A stretch of DNA of 64,000 nucleotides, from the NCBI GenBank assembly GCA_964270895.1, contig OZ185436.1, one strand, 5' to 3'. The translations under genes and the position numbers were made by a program. Positions within the stretch are counted from its first letter, which is position 1, and every line of letters begins with the position of its first letter. This DNA is from Podarcis filfolensis. Its lineage: Eukaryota. This document shows positions 35,801 to 50,800 of the stretch, piece after piece. The notes beneath the pieces are model-generated. The model worked only from the letters and a program-made list of their open reading frames with translations, had not been told where the DNA came from and did no database searches.

Positions 35801-38800
35801 GATCAAGGGGACTTTCTTCCCATGTAATGGGGAGGGGAACGGGGACGGGGACAGGTAGTATTGGGAACCAGGGGGCCTAAATTTGGATATAGCTGCAGTC
35901 TAGAATTCCCAATTCAAACATCCCCATTCAGGCAGAAAAGCTCACCTATCTGCGAAGAAAAGGATTCAGGCCAGTTCTTTCTATTGCCTCTGAGAAAGCT
36001 AGCCACAGGAGAAATTCCCAAAGTTGGAAAAGGCCATGCTGAACTGAGTTCTCATTGCAATGTCTGCACTCTTTGCATTAGTACCTGCAGTTTTTTAGTC
36101 ACAATTTTTAAAATCCGGCGTTAAAAACAAACAAACCCACACACCCCACCTTTGCACCTGATACAGATACACACACCAACATAGATCTGGTGAATGCTTC
36201 CTGAACTGAGACACAAGAGGGCTGGAGTTTGAAATAAATAGAAAAGAGGATTTGATCATGAGATTCAATCAAGGCTTATTTAACTATAAGCCAGCTATGG
36301 TGTATGTTAGCCTGTGTTTATCAAATTAGATAGCCCGTTGCCTTGGCTATAGCATGATCAATGTCTTTCCCAAGTCTTCATTTGTTTATCCATTGGGTGG
36401 ATCTGGAGTTAGGGAAGACGTTATGGCTGTAGGGAAGAAAATTGTGGAGTTTTTGCCAGAAAACATCCTTCCCAGTCCGAAATGAAACTATCTCTTAGGC
36501 CTCCTCTTCTGGCTGAACTTCAGGATCACGTATCTTTTCTAAACATAGCTAACAAAGAATGGAAACTTCACAGCAAACAAAATTTATGCTTTGCTACAAT
36601 CACAACTGTAATATACAACTATGTTTTCAAGCAACCATATATTTGCTGCTTACGTGCAGGTCTAAAATGGTAAACTGTAAAATATTCTCAAGTTATATCC
36701 ATGTCCGTAATGGTGCACCTAGCAGCCTGTCCTTAAGTCTGCTTTGTGAGCAAGCCTCATTTCTGTCTCCACTGCCGTGCAATGCAACCTCTTATTTTAA
36801 AATAATAAAATGTGTGTTCTAAATAACAATATCTATCAATTCTTTGACATTTTGTTGCATGGGCTTTGGTTGAAAAGAAAAAGAAAGGGCACGGTTTAGA
36901 AGGCGTGTCGTTCAGACTCAGCACTGAGTCTCAGCTCAGACATCATTCCCCAGGAATATCTCGAGTGTGTGCATCCTCCCTCAATCCCTTGGAATCAAAA
37001 GCATCTGTTTCCATTTTATTTCATAAAATGCTCCAAGCAAAAAGAGGATGGTTACACATTCAAACATAGATGAATAATTCCATTAGCCATATTTCATTAA
37101 AGATTCAGTGATTGCAAATTTGAATATTCAGAGGATTTGTGCTTTCAAATTTGATTTGCAGATTCCAAGAGATTTAAACAGCCCTAAAGGTGGTGGGGAA
37201 AGAAATCGGCGAAACAAACCAGCCAGGGAGCTGCTCCAGCCATAACCTGGCAAGACAACTGAACCATTCTGAGTGAGCAGGAGAAAGATGGTCAAGGGCT
37301 GCGCAGGGAAAGGCTGGTGGGCTGGTGGATGCCTTGCAGGTGCCATGCATGCACTGCCGGTGCGCACACAGCGGGGATGTGGGAGGTGATGCCAGAGACT
37401 AGCCTCCAATGTCAGGTGAGAAGCACAGAACCACAGACAAGTCTTGGGCTAACGCTTAGTCCACTGTGGTTAGGAATATTGGAGCCAGGGAGAGAAAGCC
37501 CAAGTTTATCTGCTGTTCCTGGGGCCCATGAAACCAAGGTATCTTCCTCACTGTCATAAGCGCCCCAACCCACCAAATCACTGAAACCAGTCAGCCATGC
37601 CCAAGTTAAGGGAACCATTAGGGGACGCTGAGCACTGCAACCAAGACTGCCCTTGCTGGACATCCTGCTGAAGCATGGATGATTAGGAAAGCATCCTGAG
37701 TTCGGCAATGGGTATATGTTGTGCTGGATTGTGGCCACCGAGCCCCATGCAAAAAATAAAAAACGAAGAAGTCACCAGACTGCAGCCGAGCTCCCTGCTC
37801 CCTGCAGCCTATGCCATGGCGACAGCTGCACTGCTCCGCATGGCTGAGGCCTTGCACCTTGCGCAGATGCACTCACCGAGCTTCAGAAGCCAGCCTTCAC
37901 GGTCTGGGTTGAAGAAAGTGTGTGTCAGGTCATTGCCATCATCCTCGGGAATTTTGAAGGGCTCGTTTTTAATGCTCTCGTACAGATTCTGGTAGGAGGA
38001 AGAGAAACGCATTGGGGGCCTGTGCAAGTCCAACTCTTGCTTCCCAGGAGGAATAGCCAACCTGGGAAGGGACCAGCGTTTGCATGCAGAAGGTGCCGGG
38101 TGAAATCCTCCACATCTAACATGCAAAAAAGTAACGGGTAGCAGGCAATGTGAAAGATCTCTGCCTGAGGCCCAGGAGAGAGTCTCTGTCAACCAGATAA
38201 GATGCAACAGGACAATAATGGGTTAGATGGACAAATATGACCAGGTACAAAGGCAACTTCCAATATTTCGATGACCTGCCACCCCCATGTCCCTTATCGC
38301 AGTCCTGTGATTTCCAAACACTACTTCCACTCCCTTCCCACAAAGCTCACCCTAAGTAGCTCCTCGGGCAGGTCCCCGCCATCATTGATGCCACGATTCA
38401 TGGCAATGAAGCGCTCCACTGTCGGCTTGTCCTTAACGTTGGGATTATGAAGACTGGTGTTGAGCATGATGATGGCAAACGAGAGCACATAACAGGTATC
38501 TGGGGTGGAGAAAGGTGTGAAGGATGGATCAAGCACAGAATGGGCTGCCCTTTGGGCTCCATCCATTACCAAGGCACAAACTCAGACAACTGGGTAGCCT
38601 AGGAAGTGTCACCAAGTCCCAGGATGCATGCTCTGTGTTGGGTTGTTTGCTATCTTGGGGTGGGTGGGTGGCTCGGCGGGGAGCCCTGCTGGATCAGACC
38701 AAAGGCCCATCTAGTCCAGCATCCTGTTCTCAGAGTAGTCAACCAAATGCCTGCAGAATGCCCACAAGCAAAACACAAGCTCAAAAGCCCTCTCCCCACT

Positions 38801-41800
38801 TGTGATTCCCAGGAACTACTTTTCAGAGGCATTCTGCCTCTGACAGTGGAAAGAGAACATAGCCACCACGGCTAGTAGCTACTGATAGCCTTATACCCGT
38901 GAACTGGGTCTTTCCAAGCCATCCCAAGTTGGTGGCCATTTCTCCATCTTGTGGGAGCAAAATCCACACTTTTAACTATGGGACAGAACTTTGTGCGGCC
39001 CAGTGGCCAGCCCTTCTCCACTCCCAAGCAACAAAGCCTGAAAATCTGGCAGTGGGAGCCAGAAGGCACCCAACTGTGAACTCTCTGAGGATGCTCCAGG
39101 AAAAACTGCATCCCAAACCCTTGCTGCCTGCAGAGTTCAGCATGTCAATTCGTGCGTACCTGTTGACTGGAAGACACCCGGGTTGCATTGACAGTACCGT
39201 TGTGCAAAGGCTTCCATCATCCGATCAATCTTTTGTGCTTCGCCCGGCAACCGGAAGCTCCAAAGGAACTGCCTGCGGGGAAAACGAGCACATAGTCAGC
39301 TAAGCTGAGTAGGACTGTGAGCAAAGCTGCCAGAGAAGTAACATTCCTTGGTAGAAGGGCTGTGTGATGTGCCAGAGACTTCCAAGTCACATATTTCCCT
39401 CTGTGTGCGTGGACTGCAAACCACTGCTCTTTCCTAGGGAGCCCCAAAGCCCACACATGTCCTCTTCTTGCCTTTTCCGTGCAGGAAAAAAGAAAAAGGA
39501 CACACCTCTGATTCACTCACAAACATCCTGCTGCCACTCACCGCAGTGCCTGGACAAGGTTGAGGTCTGTAAACTCATGCAGCTCCACGAATGAGTGCAA
39601 CACCTGGATATTGAAATCATCTCTGTGAGGAGGCAAAAGAATAGGGGAACATGTGAGAGCGACCAACCTCACCATTCCCATACAGCTGCCAAACCCCTGC
39701 TGCTGCTGCCAAGAACTGGGCTCTCCTCTTGGCCTGGCCTGGAAGCTGCCTTATCCCAGGTGGGACTCTCTCGCCATCTTGTCCAATATTGTCTGTTCCA
39801 GTGGTTCCCACATTTCCCCACCCCAGCATGGACTACTGGATGGTCTGGGCAGACCGCTTAATGATTTTTCTGGCTGTTGCAATGTGCCATGCCAGACACG
39901 GTATGGTTTTTAATTGTATTTTATTACTCCTTTCATTGGTCTATTCTGACAGGCAGTCTTTCTCCAGGGAAAGACATGTAGAGAAGGTTCTCTGTTGTGA
40001 CTTGCTACCCAATCCATCATCATTTTAATTGCTACCCAATCCTGGATCATTATACCTGGAGATGCCAGGAACTGGACCTTCTGCATGAATGCAAAATATT
40101 CAGTTTTCAATCTGTCCGTTCTGGGCCTTTAAGATGGCCTGGTGTCTATTCTTAAGAAGTTACCAGAAGTCTTCCAAGAAGCTTCAGAGCACAGGCAAGT
40201 TATATCAAGGCTTTAGGTGTTATGCAGTGCTGAAGTACCCAGTACTGGCCAGCTGCAGCGAGAACGATCCTGAAGTCCCACACAGTTTAAATATTCACAA
40301 TTTCAGTTGGCATTCCTCAGCTGTCCCCCGCAACTTGGTAAGCAAAGCTTGGTTCAGGGCACAGAAACCCTCCAATTAGCCAAGGATGCTAACAAGGTCC
40401 TGACTATGAACTCCGGTTCAGCCAGTCCACATGGGAAACTCGAAACAATGGAGCACTGGCAAGAGATCTCTTGGGATCCCAAGTTCTTTTCCCATGCCTT
40501 GAATGCCCATGAGAGATAGGAACCAAAGTCCATTATGGTAGTGGCTATAAAGGAAGACCAAGCCCCAGAGCTCCCTTCTCCCATTACCTTTCACCCAAGT
40601 AGTCACCAATGGCTGTCTTGTTGAGCCCTTCCCCTTTGTAGAGGAACTGGGCAATGTCATCGCGGGTGTTCTTCAAGAGGTCATTCTCTATCAGGAACTG
40701 GATTCCCTGCAAGCACAGAAAGAAGAGGGTGTCTCTCTGCATTTGCTCCTGCACAGGACACACAGGTACAGGAACCCAAAACACCTCCAATAATGCACAG
40801 AGTGCAGATAGTAGATTTGACATGGTCAAGCTGTGTCTCATGCAAACCTTCTTAGTAGTGCCTACAATAGCCCTAAAGGTAGGCTATATTTGCAGGTGAG
40901 GGAGCCTGCAGTCAAGAAAATAGTGGCTTGCCTAAGACCATTTAATGGGTTTTGTGGCTGACGTGAGATTTGCACCAGCAGCTTACTGGCCCGCAACTAG
41001 CTCCACCTTCCCTAGGAGCACATGTGCCTGTTTGGGCATTTCTAGCCATTAGCCAGGATCAGTCACCCTGAGACCTAAGTATCCCAACACCATGCCAAGT
41101 CTACAAGGCACGTTCCAGTGAGCTTTGCTGCTAAGGATCATCCCCACCTTAGAGCTCTCCTTTAGGGTGGAACAGGGAAACAACAGATCTTGGGCACTTG
41201 CTTCCCAAGAATTCCTGAACAGGAAGAGCAGGACACACAAATAATGTTGTGGAAAGAGAGCAAGGCAGACGGTGAGACACACACACAAGCAGAGTAACCA
41301 CAGATGACAGTAGCCAGTTTGCCTGCAATGAGGGACCTTGTGGTGGTCCCTGGATGACACCTGTTGCCAGCTCCATAGTAAGGAAGTGTCGATTACCTTC
41401 TTAGGGTCCATGTTGAACTTCTTCCTGCCCATCGCCACCTGCTTGTTCCTCTGCATGGTTTTCCTACAAGGCACAAAAGATTTGGGTTAGAGACACCCCC
41501 ACCAAGGAGCAGCATGGGGCTGTGCCACTTCATCAGTGCTCCACCTGCCTACATCTTAGTCATAGATATGAGGCAGGCTAGGAAATCAGGCACTTTTCGT
41601 TCCCCCTATCTGACAGGGTGCATCGCACATGCACAAACCCCTCCCCTACTAACGGCAAGCCTAAATTTATAAACACAAGGAAATACATTCTCTACCCCAC
41701 GAAATAATGAAGACCTCTCGCCACTCCAGCTAAGTTTTGGTGGAAACTGGATGTCTTCCCAGCACTAAAATGGAGCCCACAGCAGGGAACTGGCATACCA

Positions 41801-44800
41801 GCAGACCGGTCTCTAGACCATATACTGTGGAAGAGGAGGAGGAGGCCTCCTGGGATGCCCTACATGACAAGGGCCTGGCGTCCGCAGGGATGGGCAAAGG
41901 AAGCCACACTGAGTGATTGAAAGAGACGTCACATGTCAGTTTCCATTGACAATTTGGGCCGCCTAATCTGTTGGTGACTCCATCTGCCTCAGTTCAGAGT
42001 TAACTGCCTGAGACAGGGAACCTGCTGCCAGATGGGGAAGCGAGACCAGTCCTAGAAAAGGGGGTTTTTGGGGGGTGGGAGGGATGACTCTGGGCAAGAC
42101 AAAACCTAGAGCCTGTAGCGGAACAGACCAAGCCAGAGATCCCTGATGATATTCAAGGCAAAACAGCCTGGGAGCTTTTCGTTCCACATGGTTACTTAAA
42201 GAGACTGAACATTACAGCCAGCCAGCCAGAACACACACACACACACCACTGTCACCCCATTCTTCTCAATAGATTAGTATGATCTTTTTTTTTTTGACAG
42301 GCCAGAGGCTCAGCATATAGGCCTCAAATGTAAGCAAAGCTGCTCTACGCAAACAGAGCCAGGATTAAAATGTCAATTCTCAACACAAGTGTGATGGAAT
42401 CCAGACCAAGGGAATCCCATTCCTCAGACAACTGAAGTCAGCAAAATAGGCAAATCTATTTTTACTGGGCATCTGAATGGGTCTCCGATAAGTCTTTGGG
42501 GGTTATTCTTCAAGTTTAAACTCTTGTTTGCCTTTAGATATTGTTTCATCCTCAGCATGAAATGTGCAACGTTATCTGGACTGACACTCAAGTATCGCTC
42601 CTGGTAGAAGGGGTTCTCTTCTGTTTTCAGTGGGCCGATTTGACCCTGAAGATCCATTAATGTTAGAATTCATGCCAGCTCTGCTGTGCAGGCTTCTGCT
42701 TACTTTATTTCTCCCTATTTCTATTCTGAAAAAGCCCCCCAAAATATCAGCTTCCCCATTCCTCCAGCAGAAGCACCACTCACCTCTCTTCTGTAGAGCC
42801 CAGGTTCTCGATTTCATTAGTGACCTCTGCTATCTCATCTTTCAGACGCTGCAGAGGAGAAGAAAGGCAGAGGAATGAGCACACCATCAAGTGGGGCTCG
42901 GGGGGGGACTTTTTTTAAAAAAAAGAACACCTTGGAATTATTACTCCAGCTTTTTCTGTCCTCTTATGCCTTTCCCCATGCTCATTAATCTAGGTTTGAG
43001 GATCAGTTGGGTTGGGCAGAGGGAGAAGTAATGCATACAGAGCAGAGGAAAGACTTGCCAAGTTGACTTCTCCACAAAAATCCAGGAGTCTGCAAGGTAG
43101 AGGCTTAAGGAGACTCAGGAAGCAGGGTTCAACAACAGAACTTCTCCCTTCCTGCGTAAGGGGAAACCCTGTTCCCTTCTTCAGAGACTCATCAGATACA
43201 GCTGAAGCCAGCTGCAGGCACCCACTGCCCTGGGAAATGAAGACCAGAGAGAAGCCTGCCTGTCTGCCTGTCTTGGCTCAGAGGCAGGCTGGGCTATGGA
43301 TGCCAATCTGTGGGAGGCACCAGCGTGCTGAGCTCTAGGAAGGAAGGAAGAAGAGCAAGCCCCTGGGGCTAACACAATTACTGGGCTAATCTCATTAGGA
43401 AGTGTCCAGCATATGGCAGTGATTAGCCTCTCCTACTGCCTTATTTATTGCTGATAGGACTGATGAGCAGCCCTGCCAAGCCCAGTACCCGGGAGCAAGT
43501 TGCCACAGGAACAGGCAGCCCATGTCAGAGCCAAGGGGAGGATGAGCCTTACTGCCTCTGAGGGCATGGAAGGAGTGGGACGCAGGGAAGGGGATGTTTT
43601 CCCGGCATCACTTTGGAAGGCGCACTCCCATCTTCTTAAAGGTCTGCACCAATATTGGCTAGTTACAGCATCTTTCCTTATATGAGAAAGACGGAACAGG
43701 TTTGACTGGGAGGTGGGGCTGGTTGACAGAGAATCCTATATCCGTAACCCACCTTCTAGCTTGTCATGTCCATAAGGTACATCAACCTGACAGGTCAAGG
43801 CTAGAGGCGGGTGGAGATGCCCCTCCCCACCAACTTGATCCTTCGACATGGAAGCTGCACTGGGTAATCAGACCCCACCCCCAGCCATTTCTCACCCCTC
43901 AACCCCTGCTGGGGTGGCCAGAACTGTGCCTGGCTGCTGATCTGCAGTGACGTTTGCCCAAGACACCTGCTGTGCAGAGCCTCAGGACTGCTGTGCACAG
44001 AATCCTCTGTGGGAACAGGAGCAGGAATAGCCATGCACTTAATATCCAAAGAAAGAAATGCCAAGGGTTTCGTGTCCACAAAGAACCACTTGCTGCTAAC
44101 CTAAAGTGTGTGTGTTGGGGAGTAGGGGGGTGGGAGTTTCCACTGTGGCTACTCAGGATCAAGGTAAAGCAAGTCTACATGTGCTCAAAGGCATTCTATT
44201 TTTGTGTGTGTGTCACATTTCCAGGGAGAAGTTACAGCACTGAAAACAGTTAAGCCCCAAAAGAGAGGAGGTGGAGAAGGGAAATCCAGGACACACAGAG
44301 GCACCAAGTCTGGAAGCTACAAAACAGCCACCAACCCGTTTTTTGTAATGGGAATTGGTAGGAAGTATTGTGTCAGTCTTGTGCCATACAAACAAACCCC
44401 ATTAATTCAGCAATTACTTGAACACATCTTAGGAAGCCGTGTTAGACCCAGTCAAAACCACTGGTCCATCGAATTCCAATATTGTCTACACTGACTGGCA
44501 GGGAACTTCGTAACCCTGCCTGCAGATGCCAGAGACTGAACCTGGGACCATCAGCATGCCCTCCTGCACCCCACACCCCTATCCCCCACATACCTGTATA
44601 TCTGCCAGCAGCTCCTGCTTGCGTCGGCGGATGTTCTCAAGTTCTTGACGCTCCTCAGGGGTCAGGTCGCTGGGCACTGCCAGGGTAAAGAAACAAAGAG
44701 AGAGTTGCTTACAATGGGTGGATCTCAACAAGGATATGATGTGCTCCTAGCAGGCCAGGGAGACTGATGCAGAAGTCACAATTGCACCCAGAACTGCTTG

Positions 44801-47800
44801 CTGTAACCAGAATATGCAATAAACCCTTGGGGTATGCAACATATGACCCAGCGTACACATTTTTTTCATTCCACTGTTGATTCCACTATATGGCATTCAT
44901 CAGCACAATATGTGTGATGACCACTGGTCGTTATGGGTTGATGGTGGTGCTGGTTTTTCGGAGGGGAGAAATAGTCCAATATACGAGGCGGGAACAGCAA
45001 ACCAATATTTGCTATGACAAGCCAATGGGGCCACCATTGTTAGATACAGTGTGTATCTGTTGGGTTCTGGGAGCAAACAGGCTATGGATATTACATGATG
45101 CCTTGCTTGTGCATTTCCCAGAAGCTACTGACTGGATAGTGTTGGACACAGAATGCTTTTGGTAACAGACATAGCAGTCAGACAAGCCAGAAACTACTTT
45201 GCTCCAATAGTGAGTAGCATCAACTTCCCACAAATCATTTCTTTCCCACTCCACTCCAAAATCACCAAGCACAGAATTGCTGCACTGACTTCTGCATATT
45301 AGGTTAGAGAGACCTGTGTTCGATCACTAGCTGTCAAAGCTCCATTGAACACAATTAGATCCTACTTTGAACAACAGAGAGGAAGACATTATTTCTGGGA
45401 AGGGAAAGCCACAGAAACATACAAAAATAAAGGTCATTGTGAAGGTCAAGGCAACTGCAGGACTCACAAAATAGAAGCAACAATCTGAAACATGGAAAGC
45501 CGTGGTTTGTCATTGGCTTATGAAGCCTGGTTTATTTTAAATATGACTTGGTTTTACACGTGAACCCAGCACCCTTCCTTAACTGTGGTTTGCTTGGCCA
45601 GCCCACCCTAGACACTGATGAAGCTACAAAGAAAGGAGGCAAGAACAGCTGGAAAACAAAACTGACTACAGAGTAACAAGCCATGGTTAGTTTGATTCTC
45701 TGTGGGGCAACCTCTGGTTAACATGTGGTTTGTTAAGCAAACCATGGCTTAGCATTATGTGCAAACCAGAAACTCTTCCTTCTAGGTAGCCATTTAAAAA
45801 AAGGCCCAGATGTCTCTCACACATTGAATCTTGCCAACCTACAACCCAGTCTCAAGATTCAGGAATAGATGCTTAAGCATCTGTTTATTGGGGGCTTAAG
45901 CTTAAGCGGGCTGTTTATTGCCAATGACAAGAAAGGCAAGATTAAATTGTTGCATGTGTGAAACAAGATCTTCTCCTATAGGACTTCCTCCCCTCTCCCC
46001 TGCCCACAACACATGAACAGGTTTGGGGAGGAATGGGTGGAAAAGTCCCATTGCGGCAGGGGACCTTGTTCCACTGACGCATACATCACTTAATGCTATG
46101 TTGAATTCTTCCCAAGGCTTCTCCTATTAAGCACCACAATCACCACCATAAGGAAGGATCTAAAGCAATCTTGATCCTCCAGAGTGAATTAAGGATGCAG
46201 GTGTGCTGCCACAAGCATCAGGCAACAGGGGCAAAATTTGCCGTCATACATACACAGCAATGTCATACTTCCAAGAGATGGCCCACTAAACCCACTGCAG
46301 TCATTCAAGGCTACATCTCTGTTTTTGTCACTGTCCAAACGAACCCTCCGAAACAGTGCTAGGATACATGCAGAGCACTGCACAAAGGTGACTTGAAGCT
46401 GCAGGCCTCAGACCACAGGCCAGCTCCTCCTTTCTCATGTGTGAGCCCAAACAAAAATAGAAGCACTTAAGAAGGCCACGTCGGCTGTGGCTTCCTAGCA
46501 AAAAGGCACGACTCCTGTTGAGCACCCCAGAAAGAGAGGCAGGACACAGCACATGAAGGTAATGATGCACCCCAGAACTCTGTCCTGCATCTGTGCGGTA
46601 TAACATACAGTGGATTCTCACATCTGCAGCTCGCAGCATGAGACAGACATTTCCCAAATACCGCTGGAGGAATTCAAGCAATGCTCCAGGCATCACATTC
46701 TAGTCTCTGCAGGCAGGGGGAGTGTCTCGGTTTGACCCTGCTGGGAGCATTGCTGATTCAGCTGCTTTGAGATGGGGAGAGGCAGGACCAAGCCCAGAGG
46801 TCAACAGAGGAACAGAAGGCAGGTTCTACCATCCTGGCCATACCACTACAGTTGCCCAGTGGGGAACGTCTACCCAGACAGTCAGGGGCAGAACGTGGTG
46901 GTGCTCCCTTGCCTTATGGAGGGTGTGTGGAGAGCAGCAGGGTCCCTGTCCTCAACAGGGAGCACAGACCTGTAGCCGGGGTGGGGAGCCGGGCTCTAGC
47001 TTTGAGGGCTATTTCAAAGAGATCAGAGTTCTTGACACAACAAGGCTCCATTGTGTGGCTGCTGGAACAGAGAAGCCAGAACAAGGGAAGTGCCTTTTCA
47101 TTGCTTTGCAGTTGGACACGAGGGCAGGAGCCCAAAGCCAAGATACTGCAGCCGCAGCATACAAAGGAGGCAGCTCTTAAAGAGGCAGTGCCTCCCCCCT
47201 TCCAGCAGGCAGGGCAGGTGGGCCCAGAGCAGGAGCTCTGGGAGGCTTAAAGCTGAAATTCAGCATTCAACTAAGTAATTACGTAATGCATTAAAAGAAT
47301 GGCACTAACTGGGGTGGAAAGAAATATACCAATTTCCAAAACTACTGTGCTCTCCTCAGAAGCTTAACAAAAACAAAGCAGAAGATCTCACAGAGGGCCC
47401 CTCTTTCCAACAGCAAGTACAGTGGGTGTGCTGGTGGACCTTACTCCTGGGTACTCGTCATAATCTTGTTTCCAAAAGAACCCAGCACCTAAGGCTGGGA
47501 GCCCCTAAATATGTGCAGAATTCACTCCCAGAGGTCTGCCCTTCCTTTTGTGAATGGAAAAGTGCACACACCCACACCCAAGCACCTATCCTTTGGGGAA
47601 GAAATGCCTCTTTGCCTGGAGAATGAAATGTAGCGTCCCACACAATGTTTTCATAGAATTGTGGAGTTGGAAAGGACCACGAGGGTTATCTAGTCCAACC
47701 CCCTGCAATGAAGGAATCTCTTTTGCCCCATGTGGGGCTCAAACCCACAACCCTGAGATTAAGAGTTTCATGCTCTACTGACTGAAACCAGTGGCTTCAG

Positions 47801-50800
47801 CTTGCTCCTCCCCCACCAGACTAGATGATAAGGCTGATTGTTGAATAACTACATGAGAGGGGGAAGTGCAGGCGACATTCTAGGGAGGACAACTGGTCTG
47901 CATGAAATCCGAGAGACCAAGGAGTAAACAAGCTGAGTGCACCCCGCAGAACGATATCCAGCACCTCCATGGTCCTCTTTGGTGCGCAGGCATTCTGAAT
48001 CACAGCGCATGTAGTCTGCCACAAGTGCAACTGGCCCTCCTATGTCATATCCTGTCGAGTTGGCAATTCTAGGCCCATGACCCTGCAATGACTCCAGCGG
48101 AGCCATCCAAACCCTGGCTCTTTGGTTACAGAAACAGGTTTCTCATAAAAGGTTGCATTAGCAAGATGGATGGCAAGAAGAGCCTTCATTGCAGCCTTGT
48201 AAACAGGCAAAAACTCACAGAGGTTAAATGCTACAAATGCCATTGTGTTCTCCCTCCACACACACTCCACTGGCCCATGCCTCCTTTCTGCATTATTGGC
48301 TCCACGTTTCCTCCTAAACTCTGTATGTCCCTGTTCAAAGATGCCAGCAGTTGGCTTTGTCAATGGAAAAGGCTGGGCCTTTTGGATTAATTGGGAGGAG
48401 AAAGTGTGTAAGTGACCTGCTATTGCTATCAAGATGCAATAAAACAGCTGTCACATTCACATGGGCCTTCTTTATTTCATATATCGCTTGACCACAGTCA
48501 AATAATAGGCAGTCAATTGACTGGTATCTGACTGGTCAATTGACCTGAGTCCCAACTCCAGCTAAGTCAGTGCTACAGATAAACAGTGGGGCTGGTAATT
48601 AGGAGAAGATGTTCTGAAGGAGGGGCTGGGGTGTGTGTCTATTTATGTGCCTCCATAAGTACAGAGAAACACTAATAAGCAAAGGCACTCTGGGCTTAGT
48701 CCAAGCAAAATGGACTAAACGACTTGGAGTAAACGACTTCTAATCAGCTGGAGAGGCAGAACTCCCCAATGAGCAATGATTTATCCAGAGAATCACCCAT
48801 CAGCACAATCCCTGACTGCTCTAACCCCTACCACTTACTCTCTTCCCAGAAGACCAAGCAATAAGGGCTCCAACACCTGAAGCTATCAAAAAGAAAAACA
48901 TTTTTTAACAATTCATTCAAAACATTTGTAACCCATTCTTCGGCTGGAAACGTTCCCAGAGTGACTTACAAATCAATAAAAGCAACACAGTCCCTGCCTG
49001 CCATCCGGCTTACGGTCTAAAAATGCATGGTGCAAAAGGAAAGAAGGGAAGGGGGAGCGGGATGGAGAAGAGGAAAACAAGCAAAGACTGGTGCAAAATT
49101 CTCAAAACATGCTTTTAGTGTGAATTGTGTTTATTTTATATATTTTATGAAACGGCCTGCTTTGCTTTCATCCAATGCTGTTGTCTGGGTTGCAAGTAAG
49201 AGTGCTGTTCTACCCCACCTGTGGGTCAAATGCATCTGAGCTCAGTCTGAAGAGAGCTTTGGTCTGCAAGAACGGGAAACCCTAGCTTGAAGGAACCCCC
49301 TGCCCTATATGTCAGCCCCAATGGGAGTCCTACTCAACGCCCAGAGACAGTGCTGTCCTCTACACCCCCTACCAAAGCATATACAGGGGGATGTGTCAAA
49401 ACAGGAAACAGAAAGCAGAATCACACTAACATTATTCTAAGACAAGGATGTTAGTGGGTTACTTCTATCCTCCTCATTTGTGTGCTCTTTCAGGGCCAAC
49501 TCCCCCTCTTCCTCCCCTCCTCACCCCAGCTTGAGCTTCCAATTTCTTCATTTTTCCAGGCCCACCAGCTGCTTGACCCACAAGAGGGACTCTCTTTGCC
49601 CCTTGGGCTCTTAATGCCCACCCACCAATTCACACACTTGGCTGGCTGCCAACATAGACTGCCCCCCTTTGACAGCCACCACTCTAAGCAGCCTTTCCCC
49701 TTTCTTAGTGCCTATCTACTCTCTGAGCAGGGCAATGGCAGCCCATGAGGAGGAGGATGGTGGTGGCATCTACCCCCACCCAATATCAGCCACTTCTGTA
49801 CACCTTTCAGTTAGGGGCCCTTGACTTAAACAGCCCCGGAGTAGAAACATGACATTCCCACCCTGGTGAAAGCACTCTCTTCCCTCCTCTCCTGCAGACA
49901 CTTTGGGAAAATCCAGTCCGCGCATAAACATGGGCCCCAAGGAAGGCAGGAGCAACAACACACTGTGCGTTTCCCCTCCCTTCCATGCCTGGAATAATCT
50001 GCTGGGGAGCCAGAAAACGGGCAGGCAGGGGAAGCACAGCATGCTGGTGGATGGGGCAGAAAGGAGTGCAGCACCAGGCATGGCTATGACAGAAAGGCCA
50101 GGCACATGGTGCTCGGCATGGAAAAGGCACTGGCACATGGCACCAAATGCAGCCATGAGGGACCAAGCAGCACACAAGACAGGGGGCCAAACAGGAGCAG
50201 AGAATTCCCCTTTGCAAACATAATACGCAGGGTGAGAGAGGGAGAGACTTACCCCAGGCTGCCGCCCAGCTCTTTCTGCCCACTGTCAAAGTAAGCCCTG
50301 TGACACACCATCAGTGCGCTAGTAGCCCATGTGCTGGGGAGCCCAGCCCTGTCAAGGAGAAGGGGCTGTGTCTCGGCCTCCTCTCATTCTGCTCAGCTGA
50401 GCTCCTCTGCTCGTGCTGCCTTCCATGGAGGATGACAGCTTTGGAACCCCGCCCACCTGCCGAGGCCTGGGGATTAACCCCTGCCTGTCCAGGCTGCAGC
50501 ACAGGGAGGGCATGTGTGCAGGACATTTGCATACAAAGTGGGAGCAAGCAGCAAATACATGGAAATATGAGTATCAGACACGCTGGTTCGTTCACACACA
50601 TATTTGGGTGTGATATTACGAGTTTCTGGCAGAATTACATGCTCAATGAGGAAATGCTGTTCAGCCTCTAAGGAAGATGTGTCTTTTTCCCTTACTGCCT
50701 TTCTCGTCTTCTCAGGACCCTAAAACAGATACTAAAGTTGCAGCCACACAGGTGCTATTCTTAGAGCCTCACTCAGAAGCAATTCATTGTTTCTCTCATT

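Noticed and set aside
26712-44676. Assigning the cytohesin as CYTH2/ARNO or CYTH3
   Set aside because: Diagnostic residues ([33 protein letters not shown]) match CYTH1.
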